From: Octopus sinensis
Lineage: Eukaryota
Reading direction: 5' to 3'
Length of the DNA: 64,000 nucleotides
Assembly (NCBI RefSeq): GCF_006345805.1
Contig: NC_043002.1
Span: forward strand, 8,432,001-8,496,000
The notes below the pieces were generated by a model. That model made no database searches. It was not told the DNA's origin and saw only the letters and a program-made list of their open reading frames with translations. Numbering within the stretch: the stretch's first letter is position 1; the number at the start of each line of letters is the position of its first letter. This document shows positions 24,699 through 40,734 of the stretch, piece by piece. The translations under genes were made by a program, and so were the position numbers.

Positions 24699-27600
24699 AT
24701 CATCATCGTTTAACGTCCACTTTCCTTGCTTGCATGGGTTGGACGATTTTGACTGAGGGCTGATGAACCAGATGGCTGCACCAGGCTCCAATCTTGATCT
24801 GGCAGAGTTTCTACAGCTGGATGCCCTTCCTAACACCAACCACTCCGAGAGTGTAGTGGGTGCATTTTACGTGCCACCAGCATGGGAGCCAGTCAGGCTG
24901 TAATGGCAATGACCTTGCTTAATAATAATAATAATAATATAATAATAATAATAATAATATGATGATGATGATAATGATTAGGCTTCAATGCTGTTTCTTA
25001 GGATGACTCTGATCTGAACAAGCAGATCTATGACCATCCTGACTGTTTTTATTTTGCTTTCTGTCCTACATTATTCCTAATGAAGACAATTTAGTTTAGG
25101 ATTGGTCTTTTTTGACACATGATGTTGTTTCTACATCTTCCTCACTGATGATTTCTCTAATCACTGATGATGACATTCCTAGAGCCACAACAATGATTAA
25201 CCAACAATTTGCATGATGACTTGTTTTGAAGCGATGAAAATGTGCCAACTTGAATCATACACACATCTGGACTTCATACAATTGTTTCAAGGACAAGGAA
25301 ACAGACAAAGGATGATAGGTATCAATATATTGGCTCCATGGAGCTGCCAGACACCTCTTATATATTGAGGTTCATCCTCTCATGTCATTATTCCATGTTG
25401 GAATAATGCTCAAGCCAGACCACTTGGTCCACTATTGGTTAGGTACAGACAAGTTGGCCACATTTTGCATGGAAACTCGGAATATGAAGCACTTGAATAA
25501 ACACTGCATTTTGTCAAACGGTCTAAGAATTTTGCTAGTCCTCCAGCCTGCGCTTTTATTTGATTTTATAGACTCTGAAAGAATGAAAAGTGATGTTTGA
25601 CTTGGTGAGATTTGAACTCAGAATGCAAAGTACCAGAACAAATATTGTAAGGCATTTTGTCCAAAGCTTTGATAATTCTGTTAATTCATTACTCTAAACA
25701 GTATGTAATTAGAGAGATTTGCTTGTTATTTCAAGCAGATCAAATAGAAGATTTTTTCTTGGCTTGTGATCACCAATAATGCTGATTAATTATAACCATG
25801 ATTGTGATTATGCGAACATTTTGTAGAATTCATAGATAAGGAACTGATTTCTCAACAGAGAAAAGTGTTCCAGGTACAGACATCTAAAAGTGCTCGAGAT
25901 ACTTCTTAATCTTATTACGTACTTTGACTTGTCTACAAAGAAAAATCACGTCATGCTTGAACTGCTGTAAATATGAATATAAAGTACTTGAATCTAAAGC
26001 TAGCCTACATATTTTTATGTCTACTTACTCCTACTGAACAATCAGTACTGCAGACACATATTTTTGGACAGTGTGTGTACCCTTATGTATGTCATTTAAT
26101 AGTGTTTAACAGAGAAATTTAGCAGATGGGAATAATAGATAAAAAAAAAAAGTAGGCACAGGAGTGGCTGTGTGGTAAGTAGCTTGCTAACCAACACATG
26201 GTTCCGGGTTCAGTCCCACAGTGTGACATCTTGGGCAAGTGTCTTCTGCTATAGCCCCGGGCCGACCAATGCCTTGTGAGTGGATTTGGTAGACGGAAAC
26301 TGAAAGAAGCCTGTCGTATATATGTATATATATGTATGTGTGTGTTTCTGTTTGTCCCCCTAGCATTGGTTGATAACCGATGCTGGTGTGTTTACGTCCC
26401 CGTCACTTAACGGTTCGGCAAAAAGCGACCGATAGAATAAGTACTGGGCTTACAAAGAATAAGTCCCAGGGTCGATTTGCTTGACTAAAAGGCGGTGCTC
26501 CAGCATGGCTGCAGTCAAATGACTGAAACAAGTAAAAGAGTAAAGAGTATTAAAACTAAAATGAAAAATATTCTGAACAGAGTATGTTTCTTTTTGAAAA
26601 TATCTTTAAAGTTATTTATTTTATGTTTTTGGGTGCCAACTTTGATTGGTTAAGTATTTTTCATATTTCCTGTTATCATGGACTGGTTTTTAAATTGTAT
26701 ATAAATTGCTGAAGTTTATTTTTAGCAAATTGTTTTTCCAAACATTAAATAAGAGCACCATCCGAGCGTGGACGTTGTCAGAGCGGCTATCTGGCCTCCG
26801 TGCCGGTGGCACGTAAAAGACACCATTCGGGCGTGATCGTTACCAATATTACCTTACTGGCACTTGTTCTGGTGGCATATGTAAAAAGATTCGAGCAAGG
26901 TCGTTGCCAGTACCGTCTGAATGGCCCCCGTGCTGGTGGCACGTAAAAAGCACCAACTACACTCTTGGAGTGGTTGGCGTTAGGAAAGGCATCCAGCTGT
27001 AGAAACTCTGCCAGATCAAGATTGGAGCCTGGTGCAGCCATCTGGTTCGCCAGACCTCAGTCAAAATCGTCCAACCTATGCTAGCATGGAAAGCGGACGT
27101 TAAACGATGATGATGATGATACACAGCAACAGGGATCTCAGTGATATACATTCTGTCAACTGTGGTATAGCCTAGGCTTTGGTTATGTCTTCTGCACGTT
27201 AATGCCCTTTACATTGTCAATTATTCTGCACGTTAATGCCCTTTACATTGTCAATTATAATCCCTTATGCATGCATGCACATATACATATGCACTCACAC
27301 ACACACACAACCATGTAGATGATATCACCTTTCATTCTTCTGTAACCCTATACACACATGTACATGAAACCCAAAACAACTATCACTAAAATTATAGGGC
27401 TTCCACAGAGACCCTGAAAACATCTTTTACTGAGATGATGGCAATCCTCTTTTCATACTACCAAAATAGTTGCTAAGCATGGAATCAACCCCACAACACT
27501 ACACCTTGTTCATTGGCCATCAAAGGAAGTTTTTATTTTGCAACTTTGTAGAATTAGAAGCCAAATATCCCTCAAACGAAGAATAGATGCATTCATATTA

Positions 27601-28383
27601 TATAGTCCTAGATACACTATGTCTGAAAATAAATGACATACCCCAGCTGGAAGGATTCTGGTTATAGGTTTTCTTGTATAGAACATGGGGCAAAACAACA
27701 ACGGCACCCTACTCATGAATAATACTCTCACACACTCCTGTAGTGTGTAATAGCTGCTCATGAAAATCACATATCTCAAACATTGCCAAAATTGTATCTT
27801 AAAGAACTGGTGTTCTTGAAGTTTATATAATCTTATAACAATATTTCTATGTACATAAAGGCAGCATCAAGATTTTAAGTTGATAGAGTAAAAGCAAAGT
27901 TGTTCCTTTTTCTCTCAGAATAGGAAAATAAAAACAAATCCTGGAATGGCAAAGTGTCGATTTTCTTAACCAATTAACAATGACTGTACTAACGATCGAG
28001 AACAATAAATTAAAAAAAAGTTTCTGAAATTACTTGATTAAGGTGAGTTTCCTTCACAAACACTTGTCGTTGTTGCTCTTTAGCTGTTGTGATCTTTTAT
28101 CTTTTACTTGTTTCAGACATAAGACTGCAGCTATGCTAGAGCACTGCCTTGAAGGGTTTTAGGTAAACAAATTGACCCCAGGACTTATTTTTTTAAAAGT
28201 CTGTTACTTATTCTTTTGGTCTCTTTTGCTGAACCACTAAGTTATGGGAACATAAACACACCAACATCGGTTGTCAAGTGATGGTGGGTGTTACAAACAC
28301 AGATACAAAGACACACACACATATAAATATATAGACACACATAGATAGAGAGAGAGAGAGAGAGAGGTAGACAGGCAGGCAGG

Positions 28384-28419
<36 letters not shown>

Positions 28420-29516
28420 TAGATAATGGGCTTCTTCCTGTTTCTGTTTACCAAATCTACTCACAAGACTTTGGGTTGGCCTGAAGATATAGAAGAACAC
28501 TTGCCCAAGGTGCCACGCAGTGAGACTGAACATAAAACCATGTGAATGGGAAGCAAGCTCCTTACCACACAGCCATGCCTGCATCTATGAGTGGTACATA
28601 ATGTGTACATTATCTACAGCCAACATCTCTTACTCTTTACTCTTTTACTTGTTTCATGACTGCGGCCATGCTGGAGCACCGCCTTTAATCGAGCAACTCG
28701 ACCCTGGGACTTATTCTTTGTAAGCCCAGTACTTAATCTATCGGTCTCTTTTTGCCGAACGTAAACACACCAGCATCGGTTGTCAAGCAATGCTAGGGGG
28801 ACAAACACACACATACATATATATATACATATATACGACAGGCTTCTTTCAGTTTCCGTCTACCAAATCCACTCACAAGACATTGGTCGGCCGGGGCTAT
28901 AGCAGAAGACACTTGTCCAAGATGCCACGCAGTGGGACTGAACCCGGAACCATGTGGTTGGTAAGCAAGCTACTTACCACACAGCCACTCCTGCGCCTAC
29001 ATATATAAATTTTGAAAAAGGCTGATCCCACTGTAAGGTGCTTTGAGCAAGTGTTCTCTCATAGCCTCAGGTTACTCAGCTGTTTGTGAGAGGAATTTAT
29101 TTGTTTGATAGAAATTCTACAGAAGCCTGCTGCACACACACACACAAGAAAATTAATTATAAAGAATCTGTTTGACATATCATTACAATCCTTGTTATTT
29201 AATCAGAAAATATTTGCGATCTGCATGGCCAGTAATTTATGAAACTTATTGATTTTTACGAATTATAGATTATCGTTTCTCAACTGGGATATCGAAGAGT
29301 TTTATTGAAAGGTGTCCATGGATTGAAAACTGGATATGTGCACATGTTTCGAGGACCATAAAGGTAGAGTAAAGGACACACTAGTGTCCTTCGCATAAAC
29401 ATGCACACTTATCTAACAAAAAAAGCATGAAAGTGTACAACATGTTATCACCTAGAATGGAACACAAACAAATCCAGAAAAAAATAAACTTTTGTGATAT
29501 AGCAATGCTAACAAGT

Positions 29517-29822
29517 GGAGGCACATGGCCTAGTAGTTAGAGCAGCGGACTCGCGGTCGAGGGATCACGGGTTTGAATCTCAGACCGGGCGTTGTGTGTG
29601 TTTATGAGCGAAACACCTAAGCTCTACGTGGCTCCAGCAGAAGGTAATGGCGAACTTCTGCTGACTCTTTCGCCACAACTTTCTCTCACTCTTTCCTCCT
29701 GCATCTTGCAGCTCACCTGCGATGGACTAGCATCCCGTTCAGGTGGGGAACCTATACGCCAAGGAAACTGGGAAACTGGCCCTTATGAGCCAGGCGTGGC
29801 TCAAGAAGGAACAAACAACAAA
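29517..29822 (+). mobile_element. SINE family D, tail type 1
   Basis: Colinear with 18830-19133. Confidence 0.85.
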
Positions 29823-30100
29823 CAGTACTAACAACGATACTGTTTTTTTCAATCACACAAAAGCTTTAAATTTATATCAGTTCGATACCTTTGATTAATT
29901 ATACCTCAGAACATAATAAGCATATTTTGAAGAGTATGGAGGCAAAGTCAAATGAAGCAGGATTTTATGTGAGAATACAGAAGAATGAAGCAAATGACTA
30001 TAAGGCATTGGTATTTTCTTAGTCCAAATCTGAGTTACTTGAAGACACAATAAAAGGCTTTTAAGTAAGCATAAAGATATCTAACTTGCCAGTGAACAAT

Positions 30101-30154
<54 letters not shown>

Positions 30155-30747
30155 TATACATATATATATTCTAATACATAAATAATCTGTGAAGTTTAGA
30201 TGAACAGCTATTGTTGTTTACCTGAAGATATATACAAGCCTGATAATTATGTAAACAATCACCTTCCATAGAAATCAGGGCAGATAGAGGTAAAACTATG
30301 CTAGAGAGATACCAAAGCAAAAGTAAACAAATAAATCGGTGAACTGAAGCAAATATAAAGAAAAAAAGGAGAAAAATAGGTGTACTCAAGGAATTAGAAG
30401 CATACTAAGGTATGTATTTGTGTGTGTATATATTTACACCTACGCATTAATTTAAGTGCAAGGTTTTTATCATTTGAATAATTACACTCTTCCAGGCTAA
30501 TATATATATATACATACACACACAGACATGTGTCTCGAAGAGTATAATTATCCAAATGATAAAAATATGTCTGTGTTTATATCTACACACATTATGTATG
30601 CCTCTGTGTGTGTATACAACTTTTCCATGAAAAATCACACACATACCTACATACATGAATATATAAAGTTACCTGCAGGTAATTACTAGCATGTGTCTAT
30701 GTGTGTTTATTGCGTTCTATGATTCCTGTTTATTCTACAAAACCAAT

Positions 30748-32352
<1,605 letters not shown>

Positions 32353-33513
32353 TAATTCAAGTTTACAGAAAACAAAAGATGAAGACAGGTGCGGAAACGA
32401 GTGTGTGTGTGTGTACACACACACCTGCTTGTTTTTTCACACACACACATACATGTATGCATTCCCACTCTCTCTTATATGATGTGAGTCGCCAAGTAAC
32501 TTTTCTACACCAAGCAGCTTGTTCCATTCTGGCCCCTTCTCTCTCACACTGACCCCTCATCTTATAACATAGTGCCACTCCTTCTCTACTATCAAAATGG
32601 ATCTGCATACCAACCTCACTAGTGATGGTGCCATGAAAAGGCATCCTGTACACTCTGTAAGGTGGCTGGTGTTAGGAAGGGCATCCAGCTGTAAAAGCAG
32701 GCACTGGAGCATGATGCAGTGTTTGGACTCAGTAGACCCTGTCGAACAATCCAACTCATGCAAGGATGGAACAAAGACTTTACATGGTGATCGTACATAA
32801 ACCAACACCACAAATTCAACCTTGACCACTTACATCTTATACAACTTAAATTGTCTCAAGACAGTTGTCATATGGAGCAATAGTGCAGAGGTTTATTATC
32901 TGCAGTTGGGATGGAGGAAGCTGTCTGGTGGGTGGGGGGGCAGAATCGGTTGCCTCAGAACCATATAGTCTATGCATGAGTTGGTATGTGTATGTATGTC
33001 TATTATTTACTTTACAGACACCAAAACATCCCAGTGAAAAGAATAAAGAGATGAATAATACTAAGAAATATCATATACACGTAGATGATAGAATGCCTAA
33101 CTTTCCACTGATCAATCACAATATATATGTGTCTGTTGATTATTTGAGTTAATTAGCTTCTCATAAAAATCAAACAAACAGAAGTTTGGTAACGACCCAT
33201 TATTCCCTCTAGTAGGGAGGATAGACAGACAGGTAGTTATATAAAGAGAGACAGAGAGTATGTTAGTGCTTTATATGACAACATTTATAAAGTACATAAA
33301 TATTTTAGTATGTTGTATAGTTTTGAAAACTTGAATGAATTACAGGTAAAGAAAAATACAAAAAGTTTCCCCAAGACAATAAAATATGATTAAAAGTTTC
33401 TCCAAGACTAAAATATGATTAAAAGTTTTTCTTTAATAAAGAAAACTTCCAGGCATTAACAGGTGATTATAAAGAGAAGAAGAAAGAAATGACCTTAAGG
33501 TTTTACTTCTTAC

Positions 33514-33546
33514 CTGAAGACAAATGTAATTCCCAGTGGCTAGCAT
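33514..33546 (-). CDS. Candidate coding part of an alternative first exon (MLATGNYICLQ)
   Basis: ATG...CAG|GTAAGA strong donor, 33 nt, phase 0 compatible with exon E; in-frame TAG directly before the ATG; lies in non-repetitive sequence. Confidence 0.35.
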
Positions 33547-34602
33547 CTATTCTTCAGAAAGTATGAAGCCACAAATGTAAAGAGTTCGTAAGATGGGTTC
33601 ATCATATATCTTCCCTTAGAGAGACGGTGGACTTATAGTGGATAATAAAGTTTACAAAGTATAGACAGATGTGTATGTATGTGTGTGTGTGTGTATATAG
33701 GAGGAGTGACTGTGAGAGTAAGAATGAGTGAGAGGGAAAGTTTGTGAGAGTTTACTCACTAAGTGTTCAAAGATGTGTGGCAGAAGGTATGAAAGTATTT
33801 CAAGTCATGGCAGATAGAACAGATGATGTAAGGAAGGAATTTTATTGTATGGTTTCAAAGTGGGTCAATCAGGTCAGGCAGAAAAAACTATAAACTGATG
33901 AGATTCATATAAATATATATGTGTGCGTGTGCATACACACAGACACACACAGAGACACACACACCCGCACGCGCACACAGACCAGTTTCTTCCCAGTGTC
34001 CTTTCAAGTATTTATTTATTTTTTCTTTAACTTCTTTCTTTATTTCTCCTTACAATCCCTCTCACCCACACCTTTCTTCTGTCTGCCTTTTTGCCCCTCC
34101 AACTTTCTTCTCTTTCCTCACTCTCTTTCTTCCCACCTCCCGCTCTGTCAATGACTTCCACTCCACCCACCTTACCGAATCACTCTTTCTCTCTCTCTCT
34201 CTCTCTCTCTCATACCTATTACATTGTCAGTCAATTTTCATTCTCTGGTGATATTCAAAAAATGTACAGCACACACCCTGCTGAGAATACAAACAAATAC
34301 ACAAATAAATAAATGCCAATATTTGCACATTCTAGAGTGATCTGAGTTAAATTGTGAATGGAATTCTCAGTCAGAATATATGAATGTCACCGCTCAACTT
34401 GTTTTCACGTTCTTAAATTTTAGTACTTTCAGCTCATTATCTCATTTCCATTACTATTACTATTGAAGGTGGCGAGCTGGCAGAATCGTTAGAGTATTGG
34501 AAAATATGCCTTGCAACATTTGTTCCATCTCTTTGTGTCCTGAGTTCAAATCCCACTGAGATCAACTTTGCCTTATGCCAATAAAATAAAATACCACATA
34601 AG

Positions 34603-35017
34603 GGATCTCTTCGCTTTGACCGGCAGTTTTTTCTAGCGGTGTCATATGAAATTGTCACCCATAATTATGACCCTAGTATCGATTTATTGCATTTCAATCT
34701 GTTTTAGGGTTAGGGGTGGGGGGAAGGGTATCTTTTTTTTTCTTCAGAAATGTAAATAAACCCAATCTGTTTCTTAAACGAGGGACATATTCATACGGCA
34801 CAGAATGTTTTTTAACTCAATAGACGTCAGTGATTGGTTGAAATTGCAGAAATTGAAGAAAAAACAACAACAAATATCTTACAAAATATAGAATTTTCTT
34901 AATAAAGCCAAGAGAAAAAGATGTTTTATAAACACATTCTACCAGTATACGAAGTTTAAAAGTGTTTAGTTACGTGGAAATTATTTTAAAAAACTGCTGT
35001 TCAAACCGAAAAGATCC
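34603..35017. mobile_element. MITE with ~30-bp TIRs and internal TTAGGGTTAGGG, nested in an old SINE-B copy
   Basis: Left GGATCTCTTCGCTTTGACCGGCAGTTTTTT vs reverse complement of right end GGATCTTTTCGGTTTGAACAGCAGTTTTTT. Confidence 0.75.
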
Positions 35018-35316
35018 TTTTTTTAAGTTCTGGGATTGATGGCATTGACAACTGGTCTCCCCTCAGAAGTATAGGCTTTGTACCTAAATCACAAATCATT
35101 ATTTATTACCACTAAGTTTCTAACATAATTATTTCTAACATAAACATAAGACCAGAAATTTTGTGGGAGGGAACAGCTGACTATATTGATCCCCAATACT
35201 CGACTGGTATTTTATTTTATTGTCCCAGATGGATGAAAAGTAAAGTTAACCTTGAGTGTCAATAAATTAAAGTCACGGTCAGGTACTGGAGTCAATTTGC
35301 ATTCATGGCCTCAATT

Positions 35317-35536
35317 AAGGTGGCGAGCTGGCAGAAACGTTAGCACGCCAGGCGAAATGCTTAGCGGTATTTCGTCTGCCGCTACGTTCTGAGTTCAAAT
35401 TCCACAGAGGTCGACTTTGCTTTTCATCCTTTCGGGGTCGATTAAATAAGTACCAGTTATGCACTGGGGTCGATATAATCAACTTAATCCATTTGTCTGT
35501 CCTTGTTTGTCCCCCCTTGTGGGAAGTAAAGAAATA
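35317..35536 (+). mobile_element. SINE family B monomer within a cluster of older B-like copies (to ~36800)
   Basis: Full head and tail; further young copies at 50657-51040(+), 53310-53536(-; 18-bp TSD CTGGTTGTCTCAGATATA) and 57508-57665(+). Confidence 0.85.
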
Positions 35537-37401
35537 AGAAACAATTAAGGGCAGTGGAATGGTAGAAGTAGTAGAGCTTAAAAGAAAATGAATAAAAAAA
35601 TAAATGCTAACAGAAATTAGTTATGTTCTGTTACCTTCTGAGTTCAAATTCTGTCAAGGTCAGTTTTACTTTTCATCCACCTGGGTTCGATAAAACATCT
35701 TTCTGCGAACCTAGTTCTAAAATTTACGAGTGCTTTTTCTATGTTAGAAAATAAGGCTGATTAGCACCCAAGCAGTCAGCTGGCACCAAGGCAGTCATAG
35801 CTGTGATGTAGTTAACTGGCACAGTCAACTATTGAACTGGCTGCAAGGTGGCTGACTGGAACTGAAGCAGCTGATGGAGGGTATTCTCTTGGTTAAGAAT
35901 TAGTGTAGAGTGGCAGAATTGTTGTGATATTTAGTCATGTCTTTTTACCTGAGTGTTCAAATCTTGCTTAGGTCAATTCAGCCTTTCATTTACAAAATAA
36001 AGTTGAAAAAGTGAAGTACCAGTCAAGTACAGGGGTCATTTCAATCAACTAACCCACACTCACAAATTTCAGGCCTTCTGCCTAATTTAGAAAGAATTAT
36101 TAAGAACAGTAGGTCACAGATTTGGTGAAGCATCAACCAAAGTGATGGTAATATTTCATTAGTTCAGTTAATGTTCTTCATTCAAATCCAACCTTTGTGG
36201 ATTTTTGTTGTCTTTCATCCTCTTAGAATTGATAAAATGAAGTATCGGTCATGTACTGGTATTGCACAAGTGGTTTGGTAGAATCATTAGAACATTGGAC
36301 AGAATACTCTGCAGTAATTAGTTACAGTCTTTACATTCTAAGTTCAAATTCCACCGAGTTCAACTTTGCCTTTCATCCTTTTGGGTTAAGGAAATATGTA
36401 CGAGTTATGCACTGAGGTCGATGTAATCAACTGGCCCCCTCCCTCAAAATTCAAGGGCTTGTGCAATATAGTAGAAAGGATTATTATTATTATTGTTGTT
36501 GTTGTTGTTGTTGTAAGGTGGTGAGCTGGCAAATGCTTAGTGGCATTTTGTCTGTCTTCATGTTCTGAGTTCAAATGCTGCCAAGGTTGACTTTGCCTTT
36601 CATCCTTTCAATCAATGAAATAAATGCCAGCTGAGCACTGGGGTTGATGTAATTGACTTAACCCCTCCCCTGAACTTGCTGGCTTTGCCAAACTTTGAAA
36701 GTATTATTATTATTATTATTATTATCAATATTATTATTATTATTATTATAAGGTGGTAAGCCAGCTGAATCAAAAGCATGCTTAGCATCATTTCATCCAC
36801 CTAGTCTATTGTTCTACCAGACCAGTTTTATAACATCTAATGACGTACAAAGATTGCCCTATGCCAAAGGCTTCTGGTAATAATGATAAAAAAATGATAG
36901 TCATAATTTTCACTTTTTAATGTATTTAAATATAGTAGTTTACCTTAAACTTTTCATCTCACATTATAATAAAATCCCACTTTCTCTTTAAAAAAAGCAC
37001 ATTTACTTAACTATCTTTTATTAGTCTACTTTGTTGCGTATATTCAGTCAAAATAGAAACCTTATCCAGCAAGCCAAATGAGTTTAAACTACAGGGTTTT
37101 AAACTTACATTTTCCACCCTCAGCACTAAAATATCATAATAGCAATTACTTATATAGTCTAGGTTATAGACAAAACTAAAGGTAAACCAGATAACATTGT
37201 TATTCTATGTAACCAATTGACCTGCCAGAATTAACAGCCAAGTTACCTTTAAAGTTCATGTTGCCGTATTAAAAATAGTTTTATATACTAGAAAATAATT
37301 ATTCCAAATGCATAAAATATATGCATGTGATGGCCAGAATGATGGACGTACAACCTAACAACAACACCATAGGAAATTATAATTTCATATTCATGAACAG
37401 A

Positions 37402-37436
<35 letters not shown>

Positions 37437-38067
37437 CGATGATGATGGAAGTATGTAATGTTCAGTTACATGAAAGTAAGCTTCTTTTTTTAAACATAAA
37501 AGTAATTTGAATCCGTGTATGTATATGTATGTGTATGTATGCATGTGTGTATGCATGTATGTGTGCAAGTATGCATGAGAAGCAATTGGCAACACGTACA
37601 TGTGGGTGGAGCTTTCACCTGGTATGTAGGTTATGGAAGGAATTTTTCTGAATTCAAGTTTCACAATGACATTCTTTTCCAGCCAGTGATTAAAAATGAG
37701 AAAAATATAAGGCCGGCATTTTATTACTGTTAAATAGTTAGAGTGGCATTTATCAAAGATTTCATTGTCCTTTACTAGTTTGGTTAAATCACTAAACACT
37801 TTTTATGACCTTCTTTCAAAAGAAACATCCAGCTAATTGAAACCCGTACTAATATTACAGGGGCCTTAACGATGGAGTATTTTGTAGTCTAAAACTACAA
37901 AAGTCTAATTAAAAAGATGGTCCCACAAACCAATTGCTTGCTGGAGTACCTCTTCATACTCATAACTTTTATGTCCAATCTCATTACTTCTCTTCTTTAC
38001 ATGTATGTGTGTTTATATATGTGTGTGTGTGTGTATGTGTATATGGAAGAACTTACAAGAAATTTTG

Positions 38068-38434
38068 TTTTGGGATTTGGTTTGCAAGATTCTTTATGTG
38101 AGTTCGTGTGTTGAAGCATATTCTGTTGTGTCTGGGGAGAGTCATTTTCTTTTTGTGAAGCAGCTAGGACTCACAGAATGTCAAGCAAGAAAACTAAAAC
38201 ACATGATGTTACAAAACATCAAAATAAGAAAAAGGAACAGAGTCAATGGTTATTGAAGGGGTTGCAAGAAGCAACAAAAACCTTTTTAAAAACTGAGTAA
38301 GTAAATGAGTGGAAATCGAACCAGTGAGTGTGTTAATTAATAAGGCATTAAAACAGAATGACTCTCCCCTGACACAATAAAATATGCTTCAACACACGAA
38401 TCCTCATATAGAATCTTGCAAACCAAATACAAAA
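38068..38434 (+). mobile_element. Old Penelope-like insertion with ~80-bp inverted arms
   Basis: 38068-38146 is inverted to 38357-38434; arms related to 49700-49790; decayed hammerhead-like motif at 38248-38293. Confidence 0.55.
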
Positions 38435-39177
38435 ATGAAATATCACCATCATCATCATCATTTAATGTCCGCTTTCCATGCTAGCATGGGTTGGACGAGT
38501 TTGACTGAGGGCTGGTGAACCAGATGGCTGCACTAGGTTTCAATCTTGATCTGGCAGAGTTTCTACAGCTGGATGCCCTTCCTAACGCCAATCACTCCGA
38601 GAGTGTAGTGGGTGCTTTTTACGTGCCAGTCAGGCAGTATTGGCAATATTTATATCTGTTAAAGTATACTGAACTTACATAGTTTATATTGTAAATATAC
38701 ATATATATGTATAGGCGTAGGAGTGGCTGTGTGGTAAGTAGCTAGTTTACCAACCACATGGTTCCGGGTTCAGTCCCACTGCGTGGCACCTTGGGCAAGT
38801 GTCTTCTACTATAGCTCGGGCCAACCAAAGCCTTGTGAGTGGATTTGGTAGACGGAAACTGAAAGAAGCCCATCGTATATATGTATATATATGTGGGTGT
38901 GTATGTTTGTGTTTGTCCCCCTAGCATTGCTTGACAACCGATGCTGGTGTGTTTATGTCCCCGTCACTTAGCAGTTCGACAAAAGAGACCGATAGAATAT
39001 GTACTGGGCTTACAAGGAATAAGTCCCGGGATCGAGTTGCTCGATTAAAGGCGGTGCTCCAGCATGGCCGCAGTCAAATGACTGAAACAAGTAAAAGAGT
39101 AAAATAGATATAATTATCCCATGTATTTCTCTTTGTCCGTCTCACTCGTCATTCATTTTTCTAGTTTCATTCACCAC

Positions 39178-39210
<33 letters not shown>

Positions 39211-40332
39211 ATGTGTGCATGAATGTGCGTGCTTGCATGTGTTGGAGATATTCCTCTGCTTGGCTTTGTATGTTTAAAAGGCATTCTTCATAACAATTTT
39301 CTTCTCATTTATAGGCTAAAACACTTGACTGAAGCAAGACCTCTTCTCAAGATTTCCTGTTGTTAAGGAAGAGTTTTTTTTTGTTTGTTAAGAAGAGTCT
39401 TTTTTATCAACAACCTCCAGAGAATCAACATTGATTTTGCACACAAATCTGTTTTTAAATAATGGCTTTGTTCGTGCATCTGATGGCACCCAAGATTATT
39501 GTCTGTCTTTTACTTCTTTCAGTCATTAGACTTTGGCCATGCTGGAGCACTAACTTCAAACATTTTAGTTGAACTAATTGACTCCAGTACTTACTTTCTT
39601 CTTAAGCCTGGTACTCATTCTATCTGTCTCTTTTACTGAACTGCTAAGTTATGGGGAACATAAACACACCAACACTGGTTGTCAAGTGACGGGGTGGGGG
39701 AGAACAAACACAGACACACACACACACACGTACCATGGGCTTCTTTCAGTTTCTGTCTTCCAAATCCACTCAAAAAGTTTTAGTCGACCAAAGGTTATAG
39801 AAGACACTTGCACAAGGTACCATGCAGTGGAAGTGAACCTGGAACCATGTGGTTGGGAAGCAAGCTTCTTACCACACCCAACAATGTTTATTAATTAGTT
39901 GAGAAGATGGTTGACAATATTTCTTTTATGTTCTAACAATACAAAGAAAATTTTGCTTTCTATCTGAATTAAGTTACAATTGGAATTAACAGGCTTAACA
40001 GAAATTTAACTACTATTTCTAGCAGGCTGAGCAATTACTTAAAGGCTTTGTTTTTCTTTTTACTGGCAACTTTAAGCCATTGCTAAAGTCTGTAAATGTT
40101 ATCCTTTATTAATTCCCAAAGACTGGTAGATTAGCAGACTTGTTTCTGCATCAGATGCAATATTCATTCCAGCTGTTTAAGTTTTGAATCCAAGTTTTGC
40201 TAAGGTTAACTTCACTATGCTTTTCTCCTAGATCAATAAAATACCAGTCAAGAATGGGGTTTATATAAATGACCAAATTCCCCCTATTTCTGAATCCAAA
40301 TCCCATCAGAATCGTATCTACCTTTCATCAGG

Positions 40333-40734
40333 GGAATTACAACCGTGTTTCGTGGTCTGCTACCACAACAGCTCCTTTATAGGATCCAGTTAGCTCAAGA
40401 CATCATCAGGAGGAACCACGTCCGGTTTCGGCCCCTACTCTTCTACCGTTTTGACATGTCACCCCCCCCTTTCGGAGGTGTCTTCAGCTCTGGTGTTGGG
40501 TGCATGTCTTCTTTCTTTGTCTTTCTTCTGTTCCCTGGCCTCTTCGATGTATCGTCAGCAAGTGTCAGCCGGTGACTGACTGACTTGTCAAATTTTTCCC
40601 TTTAAATACCTGTCACTAGGCTCCAGCAGGCAGCCCCAGCAAGTTGTCACATGACACTGTCTCACCTTAACTGACCAGTGAAGGCGCATAGTCTTAGCCA
40701 GCGCATTCTCTAAATGACCGTCACCTGTCAGTCA
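40333..40734 (-). mobile_element. Penelope-like pseudo-LTR with TATA/Inr-like promoter
   Basis: Homologous to 1105-1606; minus-strand TATTTAAA (40601-40608) ~27-31 nt upstream of TCAGT Inr-like motifs. Confidence 0.6.

Noticed and set aside
27190-27257. 34-bp perfect tandem duplication (similar short ones near 33362 and 49813)
   Set aside because: Ordinary local slippage or repair duplications with no further structure
30669-30682. Perfect 14-bp palindrome TTACCTGCAGGTAA (donor-like on both strands)
   Set aside because: No plausible exon adjoining on either strand; compatible with chance
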